Source: Lama guanicoe | Taxonomy: Eukaryota | NCBI GenBank assembly: GCA_013239625.1 | Contig: MU053754.1 | Location: 1,469,966-1,533,965, forward strand | DNA length: 64,000 bases | Direction of reading: 5' to 3' | Part shown: positions 50,186-63,504 of the stretch, piece by piece | How the letters are laid out: each line of letters begins with the position of its first letter | How positions within the stretch are numbered: position 1 is the stretch's first letter | Translations under genes and position numbers: made by a program | Notes under the pieces: generated by a model | Told to the model about the DNA's origin: nothing | Database searches by the model: none | What the model saw: only the letters and a program-made list of their open reading frames with translations

Positions 50186-52249
50186 AAAAACTAACCAAGT
50201 GCTAATTAAGTGCCTGATACTATGTGATTGCTATACATGAATTATCTCATTTAAAATAATAATGATTTAATCGTGCACAAGACTCTCAAGTGCTCTGCTG
50301 GTGCATTTAGAAACACACTAAGTTGCTACTTTATTCCAGGCATGGAAAGCATAGAACCTGAATGCAAAGGACTCATGCAATTTTCACACCATAATGGTTC
50401 TGTAGGAGAAACAAGCATGGCTTGTGGTGGGGGACCCAAAGAGCCTCCAAACAAGATCAGGTAGATGGAAAGAGCAGGAAGGCTTTCCAGAGGCAGAGAC
50501 TGATGAGCTCGATATTGAAGGATGAGTCGGAACTGAGCTTATTCTTACGCATTCAGCAATTTTTCTTTGAACGTTATGGCAGCCACAACCCCAGGGAAAA
50601 GAGGGGAAGAAAATGTTCTCTGGATTTCTACAACAGTGACCAAAAGAGGTGCAGCCAATTCTAAATGCACATACAAGTTGTAGGGGACACTGGGTGGACG
50701 GTGGTAAGAAAAAGCTTTGATGTTGCCATCAAAGATGCTCTGCACTGGCCAATCACAAAATGCCATCACAGTGAGCAAACTCACCACCTCCCGGGTTCCC
50801 AAACTCACAACCACACTGGGCCAGACAAGCAGGGCTCTTGGGGAAGTGACTCTGACACCATCCTCTGGCCAGCAAGGAGCTTCTAATGCGACACTCTCGC
50901 CATGACCTGCAGGAGCATGAAGGGATGCCTGCCACTAGGAAGACCCCCACTATGGCCAATGCAAACTATCTAGGGGTCAAATTTTTCATTTGAAAAGCAC
51001 CTGGATTGGGACTGTCCTATAAGAGGACAAGGAAGCTTAGAGTGGAGATGCGTGGATCTCCCCAGCCAATGCAGAAACGAGGAGAGACACCTTCAAGCCC
51101 CATCCAGGCCCCACGAGCACAGCCCTTCTCAGGGAAAATGGTGCCCATCTGGGGGCTCATCTGAGATTTGGCCAATTCTTTAGCCTTTTAGGCAAAATTC
51201 TTCACTAGCTCTTAAGATGTTAAACGACGTTTCATAGATTATTCATTTTGATAAAGGATTCTTTTATAACCATTTTCATGCGGTTGCCCACCAAACAGAG
51301 TGACACTTTTGATGGAAAATCAAGAGACATATTCTATGAGAGAGAAAGAAATTTCTAGCCACGGTTAGGGATCACCACCCGTAGTGTGGTTAACACTTAA
51401 CTCTTTTGCTCTGATGCTTTTATGTTCTTACTTTTTTGTCAGCTACATCTTTGAAATTAACTGCTTTTCTTAAATACAAGTGAAACAGATGCTTGCCAAT
51501 GAAAGAACCACAGTCTGAGGGAAAGGAGGACGCTTCAGAGTATGACTTTTCTGAAAAAATTAGGACTAAAATAGGACCTGGGAGAAAATACTTTTATTTG
51601 CAAATAACACCAAAATATGTTTTTCCAATAGACTTGAGAAAACTTTGCAAAACTCTGTTCTGTGATAATTTTGGAAGTGGAGCACTTACGCCCACAATAG
51701 GCTCAGCTATGGAGTTTAATAATTGTCCAAACATCATGTTTTATCTGTTTTTGAATATTAAAAACACGAGAAAGAGTTTAGAGACACTGCATTTCGTCCC
51801 CCAGCTATGTTACTAGATGGCCTCAAATCACAGCGGGGAGTGGGGTGGGAGGGAACATGTCCACCTGTCCCTTTGGCTACACGGAAGGGTACACAGTTAA
51901 GCAGTAAAATGGCCAAAGGACTTTGAGAACTGTTTCAAAACATTTTCTTGAAGATCAAGGACTCCAAGTGGTGCTGAATTCAAGTTCTGTGAGACAACTC
52001 TGCTTCTGCCATGGGTAACTGACTTCCCATATTCATCACTTGATGTCTCTTCGAAAACAGCATCACTCACCTTCACGGGCTGAGGCAGCCTGGGTATGTG
52101 TGCTATTTATTTGTCTGTCTGTCTGTATATCTGAGGATCCAGAGGCAAGTTCTAAGAACAGTAAGGTAATAGAACATAAGTAGATTTAATATTTCATTTT
52201 TAAAATTTAAAGTTATAAATAATTTAACATAATTATTTTCTATCCTTGA

Positions 52250-52482
52250 CATCATTTACAATGTGCCAGGAACCAGGATAAATATTTTACATGTATTACG
52301 ATTCTTAATCCTTATAAAACCTGGCAAAATCAGCACAACTGTCCCTGTCTTTTAAGATAAGCAAATCCATACTGAGACACGGAGAGGTTAATTCCCTGCC
52401 CAAGATCACACAGCGAGTAACAGAAAAATGGGAATGCAAACCCAGGTGTATTTGATTCTGAAGTTCTGGCTTTTAATTCACA
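52250..52482 (-). mobile_element. MIR SINE
   Basis: ACTGAGACACGGAGAGGTTAATTCCCTGCCCAAGATCACACAGCGAGTAA. Confidence 0.78.
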
Positions 52483-54012
52483 TTTTATATTGTCTCTCAT
52501 CATCCTCACCAAGGTTGGCAAACTTTTGCCCACGGGCCAGTGCACACAATATAATGAGAAGGGTCGGAACTGCATCTGATCTCAGTCTATCAGCCACGGC
52601 TAACTGACTGAAGGCTCAATTACGCACCACTCACACTCTGCAAAGGAGCAAAGAAATTTATTGTATGCAGAAAATTTTCGTCCTGATAAAAATGATCAGC
52701 TTCGAAAGGAAAAGGAGTTGGAATTCAAACTTTGAAAGCATAAGTATCTGATGGCTTATGGCATTACAAGATTCTATTGTGCTTGTGAGAGAAAAAAAAT
52801 TCCATTGGCATGTTTTAGTGTCAGATGAAAACCGTATCGCCCAACAGAGCCTACCTCACATTCTAGAAATTCATGTTCTTGTGGGGAGGAGTTCTTCTTC
52901 AACCCAGGTTATAATGCACACCTTGTCAAGTGGGCCCTCTCCTTGCAACAATACTCAAAGCATAAGTAGCAACAGGACCCAGGCGGTTCTGTCCCAGAAG
53001 CAACAGCCAGGCACGTTTTATTGCCGAGAAAGAAAAGCAAAATAATATTCTGTGCCACCAAATTAAGCTGTGAAAGATCCAAACATGTCAAGAAACTGTT
53101 ATTTGGAGATGGGATAAAAACAGCAAAACAAAAAAATTAAAATAAAAACACAGCAGAACAAGATCCACGCACGCTTCGGTTTCATGCGGGCATTTCTTCA
53201 GCTGTAAAAGGCATCCAACCATCTGCACTTCCAGCCCCACCATCAGACTTCCATTACAGCCAGTATGTATGCCTGCAAGTTCCATCTCATCTTCCCCACA
53301 CCCTGCCCCCCAGAAAGTTCAGTGTGAAATCATCCTGAAATCAGGAGAGCACAAATAAGTTTCCCAAAGACAGGCAGGAGGCTCCTTTGGACACTGTGGG
53401 TGGCACTGCCCACCCCCCACCCCCTCTGCAGAAGGGCTCCCAAGCTCCCTGCCTCCTCAGCTCTCTGCCCTGCCCCACAAGGACCAAGTTCCAGCTTTGG
53501 CACAAATGGCCCCGGCCATGGAATTGCCCGCCGTTAAGTCAATCAAGGGTCACAACCCAAACGAGCTTCACAGAACCATCTCCAGTCCACTAGAAAGAGC
53601 TCGTCCACAGAGCACCTACAGTCTCCTAACACGATGCACAATTCATTTATTTGTCATGGTCATGCCTTGTCTCTCCCTCTGCGGGCATGCAGCTCCATGA
53701 CCCCCGGGCATCTCCGTGTGCTTTACTCACTGACACTTCTATCCCAAGCATTCCTGGAAATAGGTGCCCCATCAATATGTGTTAAATGTGTTGAGACTTC
53801 CCACTTTTAGTGTACACATTTTTTAGCAGTATAGCTTATCGTTAGAATACATCTGTGCTCCCGTGGGGAATTACATTACAACTGCAAAAGGGAAAGGAAA
53901 GGAAACAGGAGAAATAAAGGGACTGCAAGAAAGACTGTCATTTTAATTATTTCATTTGAACACTCATTTCATGTAATACTCAAAAAGTCCTATCAACACG
54001 AATGTCGCACTG

Positions 54013-54017
<5 letters not shown>

Positions 54018-54047
<30 letters not shown>
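54018..54047. repeat. (AC)n microsatellite
   Basis: Read directly from the sequence. Confidence 0.97.
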
Positions 54048-54049
<2 letters not shown>

Positions 54050-54880
54050 AAGAAGTGTAAGCGCACTTCACCCAGAACAGGTAAAGATGGCAACTAAACA
54101 GGAGATGATGCTCAGCATATTTAGCCATCAGGGAAGTGTAAATTAAAATCACTACGAAATAGCATTACTAAATGGGTATTTTTTTTAACTGACCATACCC
54201 AGGATTGGCAAGGATGGACAGCAGCTGGGACTCTCATGCATTGCTGGTAAGAATGTGAAACAGCACAGTGACTTTGAAAAACAGTTTGGTGGTTTTTTAC
54301 ACAGTTGAGCACACACTTAACATATGACGCAGGAATCGCACACCTGGGTATGTATACAAGTGAAATGAAATCACATATCCATGCCAAGGCATGGGTGCAA
54401 ATGTGAGCAGAGACTTTATTCACAGTTGCCCAAACCCAGAAACAACCCAATGTCCTTCAACTAATGGGTGGATAAACAACTACAGGAAGTACATCCATAC
54501 TAGGGAAGACTATTGGGAAATAAAAGAAAAAGGACTACTGATGTTTTAAACACACTGGACCACCCTCGAACATGTTATGCTACAGGAAAGAAGCTCAACA
54601 CCAAATCCTCATTCCATATGATTTATTATATATGAGATCTGGAAAACGCAAAACTGAGGACAGAGATGAGGCTGATGGTTGCCGGAAGCTAGGATGGAAG
54701 AGTGCTTGACCATAAAGGGACAAGAGAGAACTTTGAGAGGGTGATGGAACAATTCTATATCTTGATTGTGATGGTGATTACATGGTTATAAGCATTTGTC
54801 AGACCTCAAGCTGTACCCTTAAAATGGGTATGTTTGGATGTAAATTATACATCAATAAAACTTAGCATAAAAAATAATTA
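54050..54880 (+). mobile_element. Old L1 3' region (L1M-type)
   Basis: Degenerate ORF2 C-terminus and 3' UTR ending TAAATTATACATCAATAAAA. Confidence 0.85.
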
Positions 54881-55967
54881 AGCAAGCAACAGAGAGAAAC
54901 ACAAGTATCTTGTCACAGACCATGAGGCTCCTGAATGGTCAAGCTGGAGCTTGCATTTGCGATAAACATTTATTTATGTTATTTACAAACAACTTACTGT
55001 ACTAACATCACTCAGGAATATTTCACAGCACAAATATGTACATAGGGAAATAGCTATCATTATCGAACTTGGACATAAAACCATATAAGTTTCTTGATAA
55101 TTTTTATTTTGGGGCAGGGAGCAGTCAATTTTTTTGCCAGCTCTGATGGGGACAATGTTTCAATGTCACAATACAGCGAAGTACAAATACAAACTGGCCA
55201 TTTTCTTGTGGTTCACTGTGCTTGTAAGGTTACCCTTGACTTCAAAAAGGCTGTGCATTCTCAGACATCTTTTTAAGCTATCTGAACGTGCTGTAGGGGT
55301 TAGCTCTACATAAACTCAAGGATGTGATCTCTAGATTCACCTACCCACCCCTGGGTAGGATGGTACATGCCAATACTTTGGTACTCTCTCCTCAGATTAC
55401 CTCTCATTCTGTTTCTAACGTGGGAGGTCGACCACGCAGCTTGGGTATGAGCACCAGGACTGATCTGTACAAGATACTAATAATGCTAAAGACTTTCTGA
55501 TGTTGACATTTATTTTTTATTCTTAAAAAATGTTCTAGTATTTTCCTCCCTCATGCAACAGACAGACTGTCACAAACACCTCCATTTATACTCACCCACT
55601 TCGGAGACGTCTACTCTGGTTGGCCTCCTTTCCCTAAGATACTTAAAGGTCTTCTACAGATTTGATTTCTTTGCCAAGTCTCATACATCTTGGCCCCATC
55701 AGCCCTGACATGCATTGGTCATGCATCTGACTCCCCTTTTCTCATTTACTGAAAGTGATTTTTTTTCCCCTGCTATTGTCATTCTGGGACATTGCTCCAA
55801 GAATGACATTTCTAGGACACTTCCTTAAGAATGACACTTAGAGAAAATTCTTCAGTGCATATTTTTTATGGATTTCCAGAAAAAAGCGTGAACAGTCTGA
55901 AGGTCTCTTGCGAGTAACTGTCCTTAATCCTACCTTTCAAGGCTGGAAGTTTTTTGGTTTCCTTTCC

Positions 55968-56013
55968 TAACACTGAATGGAGTGCCACGGTAACACTGAA
56001 TGGAGTGCCATGG
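55968..56013. repeat. 23-bp tandem duplication
   Basis: TAACACTGAATGGAGTGCCACGG followed by TAACACTGAATGGAGTGCCATGG. Confidence 0.97.
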
Positions 56014-56197
56014 TGTCACCTTCCCTGAGTTTGATGACTTTTACTATGCTGTGCTCATTAAAATTTAGGGATGCCCCACAGTGCACTTCTGACCAGCCCT
56101 TATTTGCCACTGAATCCCATTGCTGTGTTTAGACCTTCAAGTTTTCTGCTTAATTTCTAAGATGTTTTGCTATAAGCCTCAACCTATAACCACTGAA

Positions 56198-56440
56198 CAT
56201 GGTTTCTCAACTCCTCGCTGTGGACATTTGGGTCAAATCACTCTTTACTGTGGTTTTAGGGGATGGGGGGAGTTTGGTGGGGAAGACATCCTCTATACTG
56301 TGTGATGGTGAGCACCATCCCTGCCCTTCAACCACTGGATGCCAGGAGCAACCCACCTCGAGTTGTGACAACAGAAAATGTCTCCAGAGGTTACCCACTG
56401 TCTCCTTGGGGGCATGCTCGCCCCCAGTTGAGAACCACTG
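56198..56440. mobile_element. MER20-like MITE
   Basis: TIRs CATGGTTTCTCAAC / GTTGAGAACCACTG; GATGCCAGGAGCA...GTTGTGACAACAGAAAATGTCTCCAGA core. Confidence 0.85.
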
Positions 56441-56934
56441 CTATCAAGTGACCCATTCCATTTAAAGGACGACCCCTCGGCACTAACAGCTCAGCTGCTA
56501 TAATCAGTGAGGATAATGACTCTATTAAATCTGCCAGCAAGTTGCAAGTAACACCCAGCAGCCAATGTCCTACCAAAATGGAAGTACTCATTTTCTTAGG
56601 GGAGACTGAAAATTTCTTCTTTTTCAATAAGAAAAAAAAAAAAAGGTCACTCCAGTTATTTATTGTTTCTCAAGAGAAGTGCCTCCTGAAGATATGTGTT
56701 CTTTCCCCCACAACATCCTCACAGAAATGAGAGCTCCCTTTCACCTTCCCCTGCAAGAAACAGGCAGGCCAGACACCAAAGTCCTCTATGTTCAGTCCAC
56801 TTGAACAATGGGGACAATAATGCTAGTGCCTATCTCATAAGGGCACCACGAAGATTACATGACTTAACACAGACAGCATTTGAAACAGCACTACTATCAT
56901 TACAGCCAGAAACTACCATTACTCAAGTGCTCAT

Positions 56935-58200
56935 TTCACATCAACTGAGCATCTGTGCTATGCAGACACTCTGCTGGACCAATGTCACTGTGGTCAAGAA
57001 GGTTACAGTCTATAAGGAGATGATGATAAAACTGTAAACAAGATACAAAGGCACCAGACAGGAGACACCAACTATACCTAGAGGAGTCAGGGAGGGCTTC
57101 CTGGAGGTGGTGGTAGTTGAGCTGAGACCTGAATAACAAGAGGGAATTCTCTAGGGGGCAAGGAGCATAGAGGGAAGTTCATTCAGGGGTAAAAATAAAG
57201 GTTACAAGTCCAAGGGCTTGAGATAACATGACACTTTTAGGAAATTAAACTTCAAAATCACTGTCAGTAAAAATGTGATCAAGGATTGTAGAAAATGATG
57301 CTGAAGAGCAAGGTGGGGTCAGCTCACAGCAAGCCTTGCATGGAAAGTACAGCCTTTCCCAAGATGCACTGAGAACACAAACGCCATGGGATGTTAAAAG
57401 GTTGGGAGGCGCAGAGTCAACCAAGACATGAGAAATGCTAGGTCAAACCTAAATGAGTTTCTTGACCGGAGGACTTCCCAAAACATTTAAAATGCCAAAG
57501 GTGGTTATGAGTTCCAAAAAGAAAAACTGTAAGCAGCAATTCCCAAACCTAGGTGATAATCTCTTAAGAACAGAGCTCCAAAAAGGATCTGGACTGGGAA
57601 ATACTGCTGAGCAAATGGGAAGACATGTGAGACTGTTTAGATAAAGGAATTTTATCACCAGATTTGCACATGAGAAATGTCACTCTAACCTAATCAACAA
57701 TGGATAGACTGAACAGGTTTGGAGTAAGCCTGGAGGCAGGAAAAAAAAAAACAGAAACAGAGGGAGGCCCACGTAACATTCAAAAAAAGGATAATAACGA
57801 CCCAGTTAGGGCCATGGGCAGGGGACATGGAGAGGACGGAATGCCTTGGAGAGATAGTAAGAGTAATGATGTGACGGTGGGTAATGAATGTGAGTCATGA
57901 GACAGAGAAAAACATACAGAAATACCCAAATTTTCACCTTAAGCAATAGGTGAGATGTTGGAACCACTCACTAAGAAGGAAATCAGGAAGAAAGAAACTG
58001 GTTTCAGGAGGAAGACAAGGAGCACCATTTTAATGTGCTGATTTGAGGTACATGTCAATTTTTGTGGGTATGTGGGTGGGGGCACCAGAAACCCAGACTG
58101 TAGAGAGAAATTCGGGAGCCATTGACAGAGGAGTGAACTGAAACCACTGGCATCAAGAGGACTGGCCAGAGAGAACGTGCAGAGTGAAAAAAGGTGATGC
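56935..58200 (-). mobile_element. L2 fragments
   Basis: ACTGAGCATCTGTGCTATGCAGACACT, GAGTCAGGGAGGGCTTCCTGGAGGTGGTG, TTGAGCTGAGACCTGAA motifs; probably interrupted near 57.4-57.65 kb. Confidence 0.72.
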
Positions 58201-58443
58201 AGACCAGACCTACAGAACACCACCACCACTTATGGGCTGGATGCAAGAAGGATCCTGCCAAACAAGCCAGTGGAGTGGTGGGACGAGAAAGGCGAACGTG
58301 CTGTCGTGTGGCACAGGGAGGACAGATCGCTACCAAGGAGGGAATGGCTTCCTTCGTACAGAAGGTGAAGTTAGGGAGGAACGTAGATGATCCCACACCG
58401 GGTGCTTCTGACAACACCCCTCCAGGAAAACAACTGTGGGAGC

Positions 58444-58592
58444 CCCAGTTCTCTGGGTGTCAAATTGAGCATGCATCAGGGTCACCGGGAGGGCCTGCTC
58501 AAACCCAGCCTGGGGGAGCCACCCCAGAGTTTGAGTCACAAGGCCCCAGGTGACGTTGATGTTGCTGGGGAATGAGGACCACAGCTCTAGAT
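58444..58592. mobile_element. MER5A-like MITE
   Basis: TGAGCATGCATCAGGGTCACCGGGAGGGCCTGCTCAAACCCAG core. Confidence 0.6.
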
Positions 58593-61231
58593 GAAGGAGT
58601 CCCGACCCTCCTCCTCTGCCCTGGGCAGATGTGAGGACTAGGGGAAGCACAAATGGTGTATCTTTTTTCCTCTCTGGCCCTGTGATTCGAGAGGACGGGA
58701 GTTCTTCATTTTACTGCATTCTCAGCCCAAAATCAGGAGCCCGAATCGATCACATTTCACCAAATACAAGAGTACACTGACTATAAGACACATCGTTAAT
58801 TTAAGTAGAAGAGATACCAATAATTATAAGATGTGGCTGATTGTAGGAAACACTCTGATTTCAGAATACAAAATCCTACAAAAATGTACATGTTAGAGCT
58901 GATAAAATGTGGCCAGCACTGTCCTCTGGGGCCATCTAAGAAAAGTCTGAGCAGAAGCCTGTGTGCCAGCAGAACTGGTTCTATGTCCCCCCACTCTCCA
59001 CATTGTGGGATACGCAGACACACACACACCTACCAGATCCAAGGACTCACTCCTCCTAAGGTCTACCAGTAGCTGGGTCCTTCACATGTGCCTCCAAAAG
59101 CATGTCATCCCACATTGCCTCGTTCTTCAGAAGTTCTCAAAACTCACACGCAAATGTGCAAATACACTTAATAATAATGGCTGCATTTCCCACATTCACC
59201 CAGGACAGTAAGTAGCCACACCCAGAATGTTCTAGCCCACACACCCACCACAGAGAAGATCCAGTCAACAAAGGCCATTGCCAAAATGAGCAGAAGTTGA
59301 AAGGAAGCAGATACCTTCACGCTGTTTTCTCTCCTTTCACCAGGAGAAGTCTTTTCAGTTTCATATAAGAGCAACTCCAATTGGCTTAAAACCAGTAGGT
59401 ACTGTTTATTTGAACCTAACCACACGACAGATGTTTCTCCCTGTACGTCCTTTCTCAAAAGAACCACTCAAGGTAGACATTTTTAATGTGAAATTAAGAC
59501 TCAGACGGTGGTAGTGGAGCCAAGATTAAACAAATAATAAAGGCTTCATTTCAAGAGCATCAGACTTTTGAACATAAGCTATTTTATGAATACTCCCCCT
59601 AGCCTGACACTGGCCAGTGGCCACAGCCAAAATACTGAGGCAAAGCCAAAAGCACAAGTGACCCTTTCACCTTCTGGGGTACCTAGAAGAAAATGTCTTT
59701 CACTCCAGTTTATGGGATGAATTTTCCATGGAAAGTCAAAGCAAAATAACTCTCTCTGCTCTCTCAGGGATCTCAGCACTCCTCGCTCTTTTGTGAGGAT
59801 TCTGCTTACCTGCTTTGTGCCCCCTTGGCTCTCAGAAGTCTAAGGTGAAGGCAATCTGTCCACCTCTAAGGGGCGTCCCAAAGCTGGGCACTGCTGGGGT
59901 TGTCAAGCTACAATATATAACCACACTTGTATGGCCAACACCCCCTTGTAAGACAGAAACATTTTACATCTGTTCCATAAAATGTACAGATGGCCACAGG
60001 GAAGGCAGGCACATCAGGAAAAGAGGAAGCTCTGGAACAATCCGTTGGACCTTCTGGGTCCAGCCTGAGGCCACGCTTCCTCTGAGTGGACCTACACCTA
60101 GAAGTAGCCACCGCCAGAATGTTCTTACTCAGGCTGCCCCTTTCACACCATTAACACAGCAGACGGAAGGTCAACCAAAACAAATGCCTAATCGCCAACA
60201 CAAAGTCTTTCTCCTTGGGTGGGGACTCTGAAATGACAGGCAGAAACCTGAGCCCTACCTGAATGTCCCATGAGAGCACCCAGTAGCAGCAAATCCTCCA
60301 AGAGGGTCAAAACTATCTGTTATTTTTAAAACCTGAAACTTAAAATAATCCCAGACCCCTTGACCACATGTTGTTAAAAACTGCCAGCTAAGTTATCCAC
60401 ATGGAATTGATTCCAACAATCCACCCGAGAAACAGGTCTCTCAAATTTGGTAACGTTCTAATTTCCATATGGAAAGAATTAGTGGAACTGGGCAAAGATG
60501 GAAGGGGAAGGGAGGAGGGGGCGGGGCAGCTGGTGATGATTCCAGTGAGTATGCAGCGTCAGAGCACAAGTTACCACGTGTGCTGCGAGGAAGACTTTGG
60601 GGAAAGCTTAGCCATTTACAGATCATTTCATACGTTTGTTGCAGTTTTTGTGGTTGTTCTTGCTCTGGCAAGGTTTTTTTTAAACTTTTCTCAAGTCTGA
60701 AAGCAATCAGTCCTTTGTATTCTAGCTCTGGTATTTGGAAAAGTCACCATTTTTAATAGGTTGTCCATGAGCTATCTGCAGGATTTCAGCTCTCCCACAT
60801 GTGGGAAAATTCTGACCCAACATCTGTTTTCCAGAAAGGTCCTGTCTTGACACAATTTGACAAGTACATTTTCATTACCCCCAGGTGTTGGAAGGTCAAG
60901 TGATGGATCCAAGGTCACAAAGAAAGCTAGACTCCCTTTTAATTACCTGAATTCTTCCGGGATAGTTTCAAAAGTAAATGGGTTCCAGGAAACCTGAGAA
61001 AAAAGAATGAAGTTACTGAGAGAATACCCAAGTTTCATGGGTTTGGTTTGGTTAGAAGGCACTCCTAAATAAAGCATCATTCTCATAGACATCTTCTCAG
61101 TTTAGACACAACTTTGCAGGCTCTCTCCAAAATTCTGTAAAACTGTGCAGCTCACTGGAATCATCACCCGGATCTCATGGTTCCATGCAATTGCCAAATC
61201 TATTTACAAAAAGCATATGTTATCTGAAATC

Positions 61232-61378
61232 TCGATACTCAAAGTGTGGTTTAAGATGTAGCAGCATCAGCATCTCTTGGGAGCATGTTAGAAATACAGA
61301 ATTTCTCTCCCCAACCTCGGATCTACTGAACCATAGACTTCATTTTAACAAGTTCCCAAGGTGATCTGTATGCACTGA
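61232..61378. mobile_element. MER5A-like MITE
   Basis: TACTCAAAGTGTGGT...GCAGCATCAGCATC...TTAGAAATACAGAAT...TTTAACAAG. Confidence 0.75.
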
Positions 61379-61384
61379 CTAAAC

Positions 61385-61571
61385 CAGGGGAAGGCAGGCT
61401 ACGGGTCTGCACACCAAATCCAGTGCTGCCTGTTTTGTAAATAAAGTTTTACTGAAACACAGCCAAGGCCATTAACTTGTCTATGCTAGCTTTTACACTA
61501 GGATGGCAGAACTGAGAAGTTGCAAATATGTACTCTGTGGCCTTTTACAGAAAAATGTTTACTGACCCCTG
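61385..61571. mobile_element. MER58A-like MITE
   Basis: CAGGGG...CTGCCTGTTTTGTAAATAAAGTTTTACTGAAACACAGCC...TTTACTGACCCCTG. Confidence 0.85.
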
Positions 61572-62875
61572 ATGGCAACCTTTACTGCGGGGGCAAAGAG
61601 GGCATTAGGCACCTAAACCTGCTAAAACCACAGCAGGAAATGATCATAACAATAAGGTAGACAGTCTTTTTTGGATAAGACATCTGCTTGGCCCATTAGG
61701 TAATGAAAACCATTAGGCAAATTTCTAGACCTCATTCAAGTTAAACTCCCCAATGTCCAGCACCATTTTCCACCCTATGGACCCTGCCAAAGAAACACAG
61801 TGTCTGTCACGAAGTGCACAGGCAGAGAAGATGTAATTAGCATGAACCTAACATGGCATCCCCTCACTGAGTCACTAATGCATTAGAAGGATGCAAGTTT
61901 TTTAATACAAAGTTCTGGTTACATAATCCATACATGAAACAGTTAAATGGAAACTGCCAGGGAAATAGCAGGCGGGAAGGTTTAACCGGAACTATGGAAC
62001 TACCACTGCTGCTAGGGGAGTGGTTGACTGGGGCCTCCGAGTATAGCCACGTGCACGAGGCTTGATGTACCAAGTAAAGTGAAGAAGAAGCACCCCAAAT
62101 CTCTCTCCCGCCGTCCCCCATCTCTTGCCATCCCTCCACGTCCCTCTCCTTTCCCCCTCCCTCTGCCTTTGCCCCATACGTGATTTTAAAGTCTACCACC
62201 TACATTTCCTGGCTTGCAAGAACTCTGAGATGCCAACAGTAGTTCTGGGAAAAATGAGACTTTCAATCTGAGCTCCACCTCCCCATGTCACTCTGCCCCG
62301 TGTCACTCTCTAAGAAGAAACCTGGCCAACAGGAAACACACAGGGTCTAGTTTAAAAGAAGAACAGCAGCTGAGAGGAGAAAAGGTGGAGGGTCCCAAGG
62401 AGAAGATCCCATGACACTGAGGCTGAGACAGTCCCACAGCCACATGTGTGGCACCTTTCAGGTGCCTCAACACCGAAGGTTGCATCCATCCCACACTTAG
62501 CCTGGGCAGCCTGATGCTACCCTGCAGGGCTTTTGTTTTTGTTCACATGCTTACTGGTCTGTGGTTAGGTTAGCTTTCAGCAAACTGTAAATGATCACCC
62601 TACTGTATGGTTTTAATTATTCTCAAATAATCATTGCTTTTGAAAAATCACAAGTACTAAAAAAAAATTTTTTTAATTAAAAACTTTTAGAGTAGCTGAG
62701 TCACAAAACTCATACCACAACTTGGATGAGCAGAAAAGATGCTTGGTATTTGTCCACAAAGAATGACCCCTTATTCTCAAGACAAGTTCTCCTCTCTGAC
62801 CCTCATGAGTAAGAAAAAAATTAACTTTATGTCCAATTCAGTGCAAAGCACACTCCTATGGAATAATGGAGGCCA

Positions 62876-63059
62876 GAGGTTCCCAGAATATGGTTCCCAG
62901 TAAGTACCACCTGGGAGCATGTGAGGAATGCAGAGTCTCAGGCCCCACCCCAGCCGTGCAGAATCAGAAACATCAGGAGTGGGGCCCTGCAATCTGTGTT
63001 TAACAAGCCCTCCAGATGGTTCTGAGGTTCTGATGCACATTCAAGCTGGAGAATCACTG
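62876..63059. mobile_element. MER5A-like MITE
   Basis: GAATGCAGAGTCTCAGGCCCCACCCCAG...AATCTGTGTTTAACAAGCCCTCCAG...GAGAATCACTG. Confidence 0.82.
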
Positions 63060-63297
63060 ATTAGACAGAGAAGTGAAGGTGTGTTGGGTAGCATGTTCTT
63101 CCCTTTGTTTTTCTCTCCCCTAAGGCTGCGTGTGTGTGTGTAGGGAAAGTCCGGGGACTTTGGGAACCTCGTGTCAGCAAATGAAGAGCCAGGTCCACGG
63201 CTGTTTGTCCTCTGCTCTCAGCGGCCCCACGTGGTATTTCTTATGCAGCTGGTGTTGCTCTCTCAGCAGACATTTGAGGCTCAAATATTAGTTAGAG

Positions 63298-63504
63298 CAC
63301 TGGCTGGCAAACTTTTCTGCTGAGGGTCAAAAGTAAGCAGCTCTGACAGTCACAGGGTCTCGGTTACAACTACTGCCACTGTAGTGGGAAAGCAGCCACA
63401 GAAATATGTGAATGAATGACTGTGGCCGCGTGCCAATAAAACTTTATTTACGGAAACAGGTAACAGGCTAATCTGGCTCACAGGTTGGAGGCTGCTGAAC
63501 CCTG
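63298..63504. mobile_element. MER58A-like MITE
   Basis: GGCAAACTTTTCTG...GTGCCAATAAAACTTTATTTAC...ACCCTG; same orientation as 1492-1799. Confidence 0.8.

Noticed and set aside
55968..56013. CRISPR-like or miR-200a/141-like repeat (starts TAACACTG)
   Set aside because: Only two abutting copies with no spacer, no hairpin partner, and similarity limited to 8 nt; mammalian context.
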